Positions 27,014-38,951 of a DNA stretch of 64,000 nucleotides are shown one piece after another. The first letter of the stretch is position 1, and each line of letters begins with the position of its first letter. Location: positions 5,084,001 to 5,148,000 of the forward strand of contig NC_086377.1 of NCBI RefSeq assembly GCF_036588685.1. Reading direction: 5' to 3'. Source of the DNA: Mytilus trossulus. Lineage: Eukaryota. Both the position numbers and the translations under genes were made by a program. Below the pieces are notes generated by a model. That model saw only the letters and a program-made list of their open reading frames with translations, did no database searches and was not told the DNA's origin.

Positions 27014-28920
27014 TACACTAGTGACTTTGACAGTGGCAGGTCCAGAACTTTTCCTGAGGGGGGGGGGGGGGGGGGGGGGGGGAGCTTCAGTGAATGCTTC
27101 AATGATTTCCTATATAATCAACCAAATTTTTCCCACAAAAGGGGGGGGGGGGTGTCAGGCCCCAGGGCCCTCCCTGAATCTGCCTATGCTTTGAGTTACT
27201 GACACAATTATCAAATTTAATTTTAGATTATGATGTTAACTACTAGTATATGGTTAACCTCAGGGCAATCACCAGGTGGGGGTGTTACTTCCTATATTTT
27301 TAGTGATATGAGTGTGCTGCAAAACAAGGTCTGTTTTTCATGCCCTACTGGTGAGAACAAGGTCTTTTTTTAAAACAAAGTACAGGATCCCTTACATGTG
27401 TTTAACTGTTTAAGATACAGTCTACAACCATGTCTAGAACAGCATCAGTATTTTATACATTCTAGAACAGGGTATGTTTTTCAACTTTTTCTGATTAGAG
27501 CAGGGTATGATTATAAATAATTCAAATTTGTAACAACATGAACACAGGCTTATTTTTATATTTTATTCTTCAATTTTCCTCCAATGGACGTACCTAGATG
27601 TAGATTGCTCTGATGTACAATGGCTGTTTTGCAGGATAATGGTTACACAGCCCTAGTCGAAATAATTATAAGGTTTGGTAAGGCTATTTAATTTTTTTCT
27701 GGGACGCGTACCAACGGCCTTTTTATTACAGCTATTATAAGACTAACTAAGGTGTGAATTTAAATCCCGTTGAGGGACAAATACTAAATTGTCTCACAGC
27801 ATAAACAAATACACTGTTGTAGTTTTTCAGACTAATATACAAATCTATTTATAAATATACATTTATATATCATGTAGGTCGATCTGTCTTAAGGTTGTCA
27901 TTTTTCTAGACGTACTTATCATAGACATATCATATTTTTTTCTGTGACAGATCAGGGGAATATAAGTAAGACAGATGCAAAACAAAAATGTACAGGAAGA
28001 TGATAGGTGAAAATAATACACGAAATCGGATGACAAATTTACATTTCCGGAATATCAACTTTCACATGGAGCAGGATCTGTAACCAGGTAACCTGGTACT
28101 CGGCTGACTTCTACACTTTGTTCATAGGTAGTGAAGCGAAATACAAGCGGGTTCCATTCGAACCCTTAGGTTACTACTGATTTTTGTGGGTTTCGTGTTG
28201 CTGAGTCATATCATAATTTTTCCTTTAATTGCATGTTAAAAGTATTAAAAACTGTAAACTTCCCTAAAAAGTCAAAATAAACATGTCAACCTCCTCTGTA
28301 AAAACACATAAAGACTTAAAAAAAATGTAAATATAGTGTATATAATGTTGTTGTGTTACGATTGTTAATTTATTCTTCATGTATATATTATTTATAACCA
28401 GTGCAATTTTTCTGATAATATGGTTGAAATTTTTATATTTTTGTCAAAGGGTCAATTGAAAGGAAATACTCTGTAAAAAATTATGTAAATTAAACGAGCA
28501 AAATCAATTTAAGTGAAAGTGTTGGGTACCATGTACCTTAAATTTAGTTTCGCGGTATTCAAGTTCAACAAATATAAGAACATAAATAACGGATTTATAA
28601 GTCTTCAAGTAAAATTAGCATTAATTATGTCTTCGTTTGTTGAATGATTTGTTTTGTACAATATAAGCTGAAACTGTAAAGTGTAATTTATTAAATACAA
28701 TTTTATGGCTTCTCGACGATTGTACACTAGCAGCACTTACTAGAAAACAGGGTTTGGGGAGAATACTCGTACAAGGAAAAAGTAAAATCACAAAAATACT
28801 GAACTCCAAGGAAAAGTGTTCTGGTTTTAAACTTATAAACTATTCAAAATAATTTACCAAAATTTATCGACATCTTGCAAAACCAAAACACGTACTTGAA
28901 AAACATAAGTGGCGAAAAAG

Positions 28921-31900
28921 TACGGAAGCCGATAAGGGCCATTCAAAAAAAAAAATTATGTCGTAATTACGACATAGCATGTCGTAATTTCGACATAACA
29001 TGTCGTTATTACGACATCGCTATGTCGTAATTTCGACATAACATGTCGTTACAACGACATCGCTATGTCGTAATTTCGACATATCATGTCGTAATAACGA
29101 CATCACTAAGTCGTTATAACGACATCGCTATGTCGTAATAACGACATCGCTATATATAAAACAATATGTATTATGATTGCCCAGAGACTAAATGACACAG
29201 ATAATATTAACAACTATACGTCATCATAATGCCCCCTATAATTAGAAAAGCCCCCGCAAAGTCAGCTATAAAAGAGGGAGGAAAGATACCAGAGGGAGAG
29301 TCCCCGAAATGCTGTGTGGCAGACAGTGTTATTATTCAATTATTAGCTCCCTTGGTAAAACTCAAAATTTCATATTTAATGCATTTTATTGTTAAATAAT
29401 TTACATGAAGCTTAATAAGTACATATTTGTTAATTGCATAGCTTTTGCTATTTGAATTCATTGGTTAAAGATATTTATTTATATTGTAAAGTTTAATATT
29501 TGCATCGTCGCAAAATCTTTGGATACCTTCTTAGAATACCGTCAGTGAGAAAGTTATATATTTTACAAAAAAACTGAGGTGAATTAATGAACATTAATTA
29601 AACGGCTGTATAGACAGTTGTATGCGAGCCTTACTTGGCAGCTAACCATCCCATCTCCCTCAAAATAAGGGTATACTGCCTGGTTTCTTGTAATGAGGGT
29701 GAATTAAAGTATCAATTGCTCTAATGCTACTTTCAAATGTTGGGCACGATATTCCTTACAACACGTTTCACTTAAAATGCGACGTCGAAGAGGGTCTTTG
29801 ACTTCGATTAATTTTTGCAAGTTTTATTCGGTTTTTTATATTGTTGGTTGATTCTTGTTCTGTTCGTTTTGTGATGTCATTTTATAAAAAAATTACCTCG
29901 AGTTGTGGAAATCGATAAAATAATGTTTACCCTTTAAATTATTTCAACTTAAAATGCAGTACTGTAGGACGGAAAGATGGGACGGAAGTACATGTATACG
30001 GTTTTCATAATTTATTTTTATCATAGGATGTTTAACTTTCAAGTTGCACATCATCTGTCATTGTAAAATTTCTATATCTTAATTTATCCCCAATACAAAT
30101 ATATCTGACACTCTGCAAGTAAATCGAACATTTTTACCCTTGGTTAAATTTGAATAGAATTGTATTTTCCCTGACACATAAGTTGTCGAAATACACCCCT
30201 TCAATTACTTGAACCTTGGCTTGAGATTTATTTTCCCAAGTCATCTTCAGATATATACATTTTAAAATATAGTAATCTACTCCTGGGTCGTCCGCGTAAA
30301 CGGCAAACAAAAATATAATCCCGGTTTGTTTTTATAATTCGATGAAACGGTTTTCGTTGCTGTTTGGGATTCGTCTTTCAATTACCTCCATTTCATGCAC
30401 AAGTTTACATTGATGAAAAGTTCCGGCTTCGCTAGTACAGGAATTACTTTCATCACGAAATAGCAGGACAAATCGCGAAGTAAAACATTCCGTTAACTGG
30501 TATTAAGTGTTTTGATATTGGTGATTGCACCTAACTGAAGTGACGACTTTAAATGATCTATTTCGGAGTACTTCCGTAACATAAATTTCAATTTATTTTA
30601 TAAAATGGAATTTCCCCCCCCCCCCCCCCCCCCCCTGTTCCAAATTCTTTTAAATAAATCGTCAAAAGCTATACAATTAATAAAAATTGCAAAATTTAAC
30701 CTGTGTCAAACCTATTTCCCCGGGCGCCGGGAGTCTTTAGCAACATGCACTATTTTTTTTTCGGCAGCAATCATTAACATCTTTCTCCAAATTTCATAAC
30801 ACGATTTGTTTTAATTACCGTAAACATTTAATTGATACTTTAGCACATTTAACGTCGGAAATTAGCGTCTTTAGGATTTTAGACGTTTTCAGACATTTGG
30901 AAAAATTGGCTACCGTTTTGTAATGTATGGAAGCATTTTATTCCTTTAAGACTCAAATATGTAGTTAATAAGGAAAGAATCTTGGCATTTTTTACTCTTC
31001 GTATATCTAACTTTTGTTTTGATCAATTATAAAAAAAAAAATACGCCTTAACTGCTTTGAGGCAAATATTTGTACTTTTGTTAGATATTATTATTGTCTT
31101 ACTATTTTTATTCATTTTCTACTATAATATGCAGTCGAGTCAAATGAAATTTGGTAAAATAACGGTTTTAACGCCACAAAGAACCGACATATGTCGTTGT
31201 TCCTGTCAAAAATCAAGAAGATCACAGAATAAGAAATAGGATCACTATACATAACAGTTAAAACAGTTTTTCATAAATGTAACGTTGGATGGGGACATCC
31301 GTTTTTTTTCACATAGCTTTCTTTTTTTAATCCTCAAATACACTAAATATTAATTAGGAGATGATCAAGAGCTATAAAAACATAATTCAAAACATATATT
31401 GAATTTGTTTTAATATTGGTTCGTATTTTCTAACATTTTTATTATGTTTTGCGGATGAAATTTCGAAGATTCTGTTTTAAATCCTAGGGGTTGTAAGAAC
31501 ATCGCGCGTGCCCAACGTTTGAAAGTAGAAATAGAGCTATCTATACTTCAATACCCCCTTATACGAAGAAGCCATGCAGTTTGCGCTTATTTAAAGGGAG
31601 ATGGAAAGCTTGGCTTGACTTGGTTGTACAATTTCAGTCCTCTAATAATTCCACATTTTATTCTTACTGCATAGCTGTTCTACGACCGGTAGCTTGATAA
31701 TCTAAACGACTTTGTCTGACTGTACAGCCCTAACACTATGGGCCATGTTAATTGATATTGGTATATATAACATATATAAGTTTCTCACTGAAGGTATCCA
31801 AAGAAGGTAACCAAAGATTTTGCGACGATGCAAATATTAAACTTTACAATATAAATAAATTATCTTTAACCAATGAACTCAAATAGCAAAAGCTATGCAA

Positions 31901-32341
31901 TTAACAAATATTTACTTATTAAGCTTCATGTAAATTATCTAACAATATAATACATTAAATATGAAATTTTGAGTTTTACCAAGGGAGCTAATAATTGAAT
32001 AATAACACTGTCTGCCACACAGCATTTCGGGGACTCTCCCTCTGGTAGCTTTCCTTTTATAGCTGACCATGCGGGGACTTTTATAATTATCGGGGACATT
32101 ATGATGACGTATAATTGTTAAATTCTTTGTCATTTAGTCTCTTGCAAATCATAATACATATTCTTTTAAATATAGCGATGTCGTTATTACGACATAATAT
32201 GTCGAAGTTACGACATAGCAATGTCGTTGTAACGACATGTTATGTCGAAATTACGACATAGCGATGTCGTAATAACGACATGTTATGTCGAAATTACGAC
32301 ATAATTTTATTTTTTTTGAATGGCCCTTATCGGCTTCCGTA
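28921..32341. mobile_element. 3.4-kb non-autonomous DNA transposon with ~600-bp TIRs, IS3EU-like
   Basis: Ends tacggaagccgataagggccattc / gaatggcccttatcggcttccgta; 6-bp TSD AAAAAG (28915-28920, 32342-32347); empty site in copy 1 near 6670-6677; no transposase ORF. Confidence 0.85.
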
Positions 32342-32569
32342 AAAAAGCGTTCGGACTCGAACTATTTAAAAAAAAATATGCATTTTCGTCAGTATAATAA
32401 TGATTACATAGATTATTACTACACGCAATCAAACTAACTTTACATTGCAGTATTCCTACCATAATAATTAAGAGTGCATTTCTTTCTAATCAAAATTTTG
32501 TGAACGTTGTTTTGCGTTTTTACTCGTTTGCTAAACGCTACAAAAGCAGAAACAAATACATCTTTTAAT

Positions 32570-33182
32570 AAATGTTTTGATCATTTCTTTTTAACCCAAA
32601 CGATGCAAACGGCTAAGCGCGCACATATATTGATAATTTCTTTCTAACACAAACGATGCAAACGGCTAAGCGCGCAGATGTTTTGATCATTTCTTTCTAA
32701 CACAAACGATGCAAACGGCTAAGCGCGCAGATATTTTGATCATTTCTTTCTAACACAAACGATGCAAACGGCTAAGCGCGCACATGTTTTGAATCGTTTG
32801 ATTTTTTTTTAAACACAAACGATGCAAACGGCTAAGCGCGCACATGTTTTGATCATTTCTTTCTAACATAAACGATGCAAACGGCTAAGCGCGCACATGT
32901 TTTGATCATTTATTTTTAACACAAACGATGCAAACGGCTAAGCGTGCACATGTTTTGATCATTTCTTTCCAAGACATACGATGCAAACCGATAAGCGTGC
33001 ACATGTTTTGATCATTTATTTTTAACACAAACGATGCAAACGGCTAAGCGTGCACATGTTTTGATCATTTCTTTCCAAGACATACGATGCAAACCGATAA
33101 GCGTGCACATGTTTTGATCATTTCTTTCCAACACAAACGATGCAAACGGCTAAGCGTGCACATGTTTTGATAATTTCTTTCA
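32570..33182. repeat. 53-bp tandem repeat (~11 units)
   Basis: Same unit as 6900-7897. Confidence 0.95.
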
Positions 33183-34625
33183 AGTATTGTGACAGTTTGT
33201 ATTATTTTCGTTTTTATTTATTTTATTAAAAAAGTTTGAATTTTGAAGTTTATAGGTGTCAGTCGATCCCGGCCTGCCTCATCATCGGCAACAAAGCCAG
33301 GCATTGTACACGACTAGTTCCCCCACAAAATGTAAGATTCCAGACTCGGCTCTCACAGATGTAGTTCATATTTCGAGAGGCCGAGAGAAAAGAGCAACAA
33401 GAAGAACAAACTACAGTACAGAAATAACACCTTCTATTTTTTTGTTATTTATATAATACAAGCATACGTTTGCAAAGTTTACATAAACTTTGACAAACGA
33501 TGCAAACGATAAAAAATGCGTCTGCAGTGTGTCGTTTGTTAAACGATGTATTTGTTTCTACTTTTGTAGCGTTTAGAAAGCAACAACAAACGCGACACAA
33601 CGTTTTCAAAATTTTGGTTAGAAAGATATGAGACCTGTATTTCATATGTATGAAAAGGTGTAGCCTATGATTAAGATTATTACTTACAGTGTTTTGGGAT
33701 TTTTGCTTATACTGTTGATAACAATAAAATTAACGGTACCAATTTTCCTGCACCAGATGCGCATTTCGACAATACATGTCTATTTAGTGATGCTCGTGGT
33801 CGAAATATTTGAAATCCAAAGCTTAAATAAAAGATAACCACGGGGACCGAGAACACAGTTATTTCGTATTGCATTTCTTTTTGATAATAAATTCAAATAA
33901 AAAAAAACAAACCATCGAAATTGCACTATCTCAAAAAGAACTTCAGAGTGTAGTGTACTACTATTTGGAAATATAAAATCAAAGTTATAGAAAGGTCTAC
34001 CAGCTCTAACTCAAAATACTGACAATTCTGTGTTAACGGGTCTAAAATTTATTTTGAAATATTCAGACATACTAATTTGACCAAATCACTACTTGAAAGA
34101 AAGATTCAGCACCCAATTAAAAAAAATGTAATTTCATAATATTAATATTTCATGCATAAAAAAATAAAGTTGGAAAGTGTTTGAAAATAATATACAAGAT
34201 ATACACTGTTTTCACTAGGGACTAAGTGACGATATATGTGTCCTTGTGGTAACTCTCTGTATCATTGTTATACGATGATAACGGCTGTACACATATTTTG
34301 ACTATTCTATTAATTGTGTCTGTTTAGTTAACACATCAATGTAAATATAACGGAATTTAATGAGATTGTCATCAAAGTGAGAGGGTTAGCGCTATAAAAC
34401 CAGGTTTAATTCACCACTTTTTACATTTGAAAATGCCTGTACCATTTCAGGAATATGACAGTTCTTGTCCATTCGTTTTTATGCGTTTTGTTATTTGATT
34501 TTGCCATGTGATTATGGACTTTCCGAATTGATTTTCATCTAAGTTCAGTATTTTTGTGATTTTACTTTTTTCTGTTCCAATAACTATACTGTGTTATTAT
34601 CATGCCCATCAATAATAAATATATG

Positions 34626-35861
34626 TTAATGAATTTTGAATATAGATAAACACGAATATCCTACATGAATATAAATATCAGTAACAGCATGTATATCTAT
34701 GGTATCACGCAAGCTTAAAGAAACAACGGCTGAACCTGTACCGGTATGATGATTTTCGATTTGGTCACCAGAAAAGCGTGGCACTATACGCACATAAACT
34801 AAAGTGTTTTTGTTTTTCCTGATTTGATATTCTGCATCAGATAAATGGGTCATTATGCTAGCAATGATCAGGTATAGTCCAGGTTTCTCACATGTAAACT
34901 TTCCATTGGTTTGTAAGGTGGATAACGTATTGATTCCGTATGATGATCTGATGTTAGGAAATCTGATCACTGAATTGTTGTTATAGCGGTCACCAGTAGC
35001 GCACGCAGTAACGGCAACTGTAAAAGAGAAAATAAGATACATATAGCTAACAAATAGTATTTAAATATAGTAATGTGATAATGACCTGTAATCTTGTTTT
35101 TTTTTTAGGAATAATTCAACAGTATGTAATAATGCTGTATTTTGATTGGACGAGAGACCAGTTTCCCCCAGTAATTTCTATAAATTGAGAATTTCTTTTC
35201 TCTGCCGGTGTATCTGTCATTAAGAAATTTGAAGTTTGAATATTAAGACTACTGCCAGCAGCCGGTTGGATATTAAATCGTGTGAATATCGAAAAACGAA
35301 AATCGAACTTGCCGCTTACTTCACATGGCTGCATGCTTCTATTTGAAAATAAATCACAGACTTATCAAAAAACATTATGAACATATCAATTTCGTGAGTC
35401 TAACGCTCATTCAAAAAGAAGTCTTAATTAACTTATCATAATAATTATCTACCTTGCTCACTTTCCTTTGTCTGTTTATCTTCCAAGACCATTATGTCAT
35501 TTTTAATTCTATTTAACATTGTCATGGTTATCTTAGACGAATAATTTCTGTAGTAAGAACAACAATTTTCGAACTGTGTAGATTTTGATTGAACTGTATG
35601 TAGCTCTGAACGCAATATTTCAAAGTCCTTCAGAATGATAGGTATTTTAGATGTAATATTGGTAAGTTTTTTCACTTCCATTTCAAGTTGTCCAATATTT
35701 TGTATAATTTGTTTTTGTTCTTTTCTTTCCTCTATGATGATATCAAAGAGCGCATTGTAACGGCTATTTGTTATTTCACTATTTAAGGAGCCAGGCGTTG
35801 TCAGTTCAAAAAGAAACCCGAATATTGTAGGAAGAAGAAACAGCCAAATTACTCCCACCAT
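34626..35861 (-). CDS. Secreted C1q-domain-containing protein (C1qDC), 2 exons, 266 aa
   Basis: Exon 1 35453-35861 (signal peptide and coiled-coil, phase-1 GTAGAT donor). Exon 2 34626-35017 (gC1q: VIRFPNI..GKFTCEKPGLY..HTGTGSAVVSL..SCLSIFKI). Confidence 0.9.
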
Positions 35862-36297
35862 AATTTATATTTTTTTCACATGAAGTCGAACGGTGTCGGA
35901 GAAGCTTTTGGTACTTAAAACATCTACGATGTTTGAATGTTATCTATAAGTACCCACCTTTTGGCAAAACACCCAAATTGCATGGAGCTTATATAATGTG
36001 TTGATAAAATAAACTCTTCAACATGTTCAAATATAGATATTTGACTTCATCAAAAGACACGTGCATTTAATCATCTTTAATAGTGAACAAGGCAGGTATA
36101 CCATAAATAAAAACAACCAACATTTTTCATAGCAAACGACGTGAATTAGAACTGAAAACACTACAATGTTAAAAATTGTAAAAATTAAAACATGTTAAAT
36201 GGCAGACAATGACTTGCAATTGATATGACTTATTAACGACTAAAATGAAAACGGGGAATAGGTCAAGGAGACACAACCCGTCCAAAGAGATGATAAC

Positions 36298-36499
36298 TGA
36301 AGTACCTCAGGGTCATTGGTGGTGCTCCACATTGGAGGCAGATCCGGAAGACGAGAGAGCCTCGTTTCGGATCTGCCGGCAGTCGAAAACCTAGAAGCAG
36401 AAGCCAAAGCACGCTGATTCTAGCCGACCCAGAGAATAATTAGATAACCGTCTAACTGTACTTGCAAGATAGCCAGGGTAAGTTTTGAGAAAGCTTACA
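36298..36499 (+). repeat. 5' LTR (202 bp)
   Basis: Identical to 45801-46002 except base 3 (TGA vs TGT). Confidence 0.97.
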
Positions 36500-36500
36500 T

Positions 36501-36514
36501 TGGCGCTGCGAGCA
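36501..36514 (+). promoter_or_regulatory. Primer-binding site, probably tRNA-Ser
   Basis: TGGCGCTGCGAGCA, 1 nt after the 5' LTR; complementary to a tRNA 3' end ...TGCTCGCAGCG-CCA resembling tRNA-Ser(CGA/TGA). Confidence 0.75.
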
Positions 36515-37185
36515 TTCGTTTTCGAACAAATTCACTCGGGGAGTTGAATTCTACATCGAAATTGCAAATTTCAAGGGGCCAAAACAGCACCTCCATTTTG
36601 TTTTTAGGGATCCCTGACAGGTCACCTATTTTCAGTTTTCGCTAACCATAGCTTTGCTAGGTTAGTTTTATCGGGAGGGAAAAGTTAAAGCACCGGGAAG
36701 GGAACCTTGTGTGGCTAAGTTTCAGTCACCGTTTGTTATTTTTGAGGGATTTTTTCATACTTGGCCGTTTGCGGAGCCCTTGTAGGAACAAGTGTGAACC
36801 CCTTACTCGTTCTGCAAAACCCTTGTAGGGAATTTTGTAAACCCCAATCCAGTTCCGCCGCGTATTGCACTCAATTGACCTACGCAGCTCAACTTCCATT
36901 TGCAACCATAATTTGCAAATCTTCCGGTTGTAAACAGAAAGAAGAAATTGTAAGTGTCAAATTAAAGCAAAAAAACACATTGCACATACACCTGCCATTG
37001 TATATACACTCCTCTGGGGTCAACTTATAAGCTTGATCCCCAGTTAAAAAAAGTTGTTATATTAAAACCATACAAAACAGTCAAATATTATAAATACCCC
37101 TTTCCAGTGGATACCCCTGCCAAATCCCTAAACTAAACCTAAATTGTTTATTGTTTAATTATTGTGTTCCCATTCAAGTGTGACC

Positions 37186-38916
37186 ATGGCTAGAGTCCAC
37201 ATAAACTCTGCCACTTTTGAGGAATTGTTATCAATTCCAGGGGTAGGGGCTAAAATTGCCGCAAAAATTTGGGAATTGAGGGAGGATAAAGGAATTCTGG
37301 AGTTGGAGGACCTACGGGAGGTTCCTTATATGAGAATAACGGAGGCAGCTCTAGAATCTATGGATTTTAGTACCTCCCTGCCACCCAACAGGGGGTCTAA
37401 TAAATTTTGCAAAGAGGAGATAGGGCATCAAGAGAAGGTGCAAAGGATTGATAGCCTCATACAGGCCAGGGGTAGGGGGCAAACAGAGTATCCCAGTCAA
37501 TCAGTAGAAACACCCAGAGCCAGGGAGTCCGTGTCCACATCTCCATCCCAACACATCAATTTCCAAGATGGTGGGGAACTTAACCGGGGTTTCAGGGAAG
37601 ACATGGGGACCCACCAGGACCGATGGGACAGGCCCATGGGTGCTTATGGGGGTCCAAGAGATTACAAGTATGAAGGGGAAACACCTCGGTCTAGATATAA
37701 CAATGCCGGAGATACAGGAAGGGGAAGAGGGGGTTTTCAAAACCAGTTTATTGATAATGAGGGTCCAAGGCTCAGAGATGCCCAGCCGGAGAGCGAGGCT
37801 CCGGCATCAAGGCACGCCAGTAGCATGGGGTACCCCACAGGGTCAGGGGAACCCAGACGGGGATATGGGGACCAGAGAAGCTCTCGTCGGGATGCATATG
37901 ACCACCAGGGGAACATGGGAGGGTCAGATAACCAAAGACAGAGGGGGTCTATGGGGGTTAGACCTCCCATCCTACAAAAGAGCTTAAAGTATGATGGGAA
38001 AACTAATTGGCAGGCTTTCTATGCCAAATTTTCCCGATTATGCCAGGTTAGTGGGTGGTCTTCAGGGGAGTGCAAGGATCAATTGTGCTGGTCCCTTGAT
38101 GGGAAACCCAGTGAGTTTTATGCCTTGCTCGTGGAAAGAAGGCATGACTTGTCTTATGAAGACTTGGTGAGTAAGTTGGCCAAACGATTTGGGTTCAATG
38201 AGTTGCCAGAAACAGCCCAAGTCCAATTTAACATTGCCAGGCAGGGTGGGGATGAAACCTTAGAGGACTGGGCCGACAGGGTCCAATCACTCGCCACAAA
38301 AGCCTTCCGTCACCTTCCTGAAGATCACATGTACCAGCAAGCCATCATGAGATTGTGTCAGGGGGCCTCAGATAAGGAGAGGGGAATGTTGGCCTCCAAT
38401 GCCAAACCAAAGAGTATTGAGGAGGCAGTGGATAAAATTCGTATGCACCAACATAACCACCAGGCCATATATGACCGTAGTGCCAGAAAAGAAGTAAAAA
38501 GTGTAAGTCCTGAGATCCGAAGCCGGGGTGGGGATCACTATACTGTCTGTTCCACATCAGGACCAGTCCCCAATAATGCTCCTTCCAAAATTATCCCCAA
38601 AGAACATTCTCCTAAAGATGTCCAGGATTTGAAGGACCAATTTCATGCCTTCAAGGGGGAGGTAAGTGGGACTCTGGGCAATATCATGTCTGAAATACAA
38701 AAGCTATCTTTTGCTGTCCGCAATAATGCTAGGCCCCCATCCAGAAGCCCCTCTCCTCGTGCCGGTGGTTGTTTCCATTGCGGGGAGGCAGGCCACTTTA
38801 AAAGGGAATGCCCAAAGTTTCAAAGGTCTAATTCTCCTCGACCTGGGGGAAAAAAGGTAACCTTCCAGGACAACAAGGGTCCGTTAAACTCCAACGGGTC
38901 GACTCAAGAGGTCTGA
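37186..38916 (+). CDS. gag: Gag with N-terminal helix-hairpin-helix, capsid-like domain and CCHC zinc knuckle
   Basis: ACCATGG Kozak start; VHINSATFEELLSIPGVGAKIAAKIWELRE (ComEA-type HhH); YDGKTNWQAF..RQGGDETLEDW; CFHCGEAGHFKREC at 38770-38811. Confidence 0.92.
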   Translation: MARVHINSATFEELLSIPGVGAKIAAKIWELREDKGILELEDLREVPYMRITEAALESMDFSTSLPPNRGSNKFCKEEIGHQEKVQRIDSLIQARGRGQTEYPSQSVETPRARESVSTSPSQHINFQDGGELNRGFREDMGTHQDRWDRPMGAYGGPRDYKYEGETPRSRYNNAGDTGRGRGGFQNQFIDNEGPRLRDAQPESEAPASRHASSMGYPTGSGEPRRGYGDQRSSRRDAYDHQGNMGGSDNQRQRGSMGVRPPILQKSLKYDGKTNWQAFYAKFSRLCQVSGWSSGECKDQLCWSLDGKPSEFYALLVERRHDLSYEDLVSKLAKRFGFNELPETAQVQFNIARQGGDETLEDWADRVQSLATKAFRHLPEDHMYQQAIMRLCQGASDKERGMLASNAKPKSIEEAVDKIRMHQHNHQAIYDRSARKEVKSVSPEIRSRGGDHYTVCSTSGPVPNNAPSKIIPKEHSPKDVQDLKDQFHAFKGEVSGTLGNIMSEIQKLSFAVRNNARPPSRSPSPRAGGCFHCGEAGHFKRECPKFQRSNSPRPGGKKVTFQDNKGPLNSNGSTQEV

Positions 38917-38951
38917 GTCTGGCCCCTAAACCACGGAGTATAAAGGACCTC
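38883..38951 (+). promoter_or_regulatory. Putative -1 ribosomal frameshift signal (slippery heptamer plus H-type pseudoknot)
   Basis: G TTA AAC, 6-nt spacer, stem GGGTCGACTCA/TGAGTCTGGCCC, loop GAGGTC pairing with GACCTC (38946-38951). Pol is in the -1 frame and open from the heptamer. Confidence 0.75.

Larger units (their letters stand above)
25661..34178. repeat. Segmental duplication, copy 2
   Basis: Same sequence as 137-10106 apart from copy-specific insertions and deletions. Confidence 0.9.
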
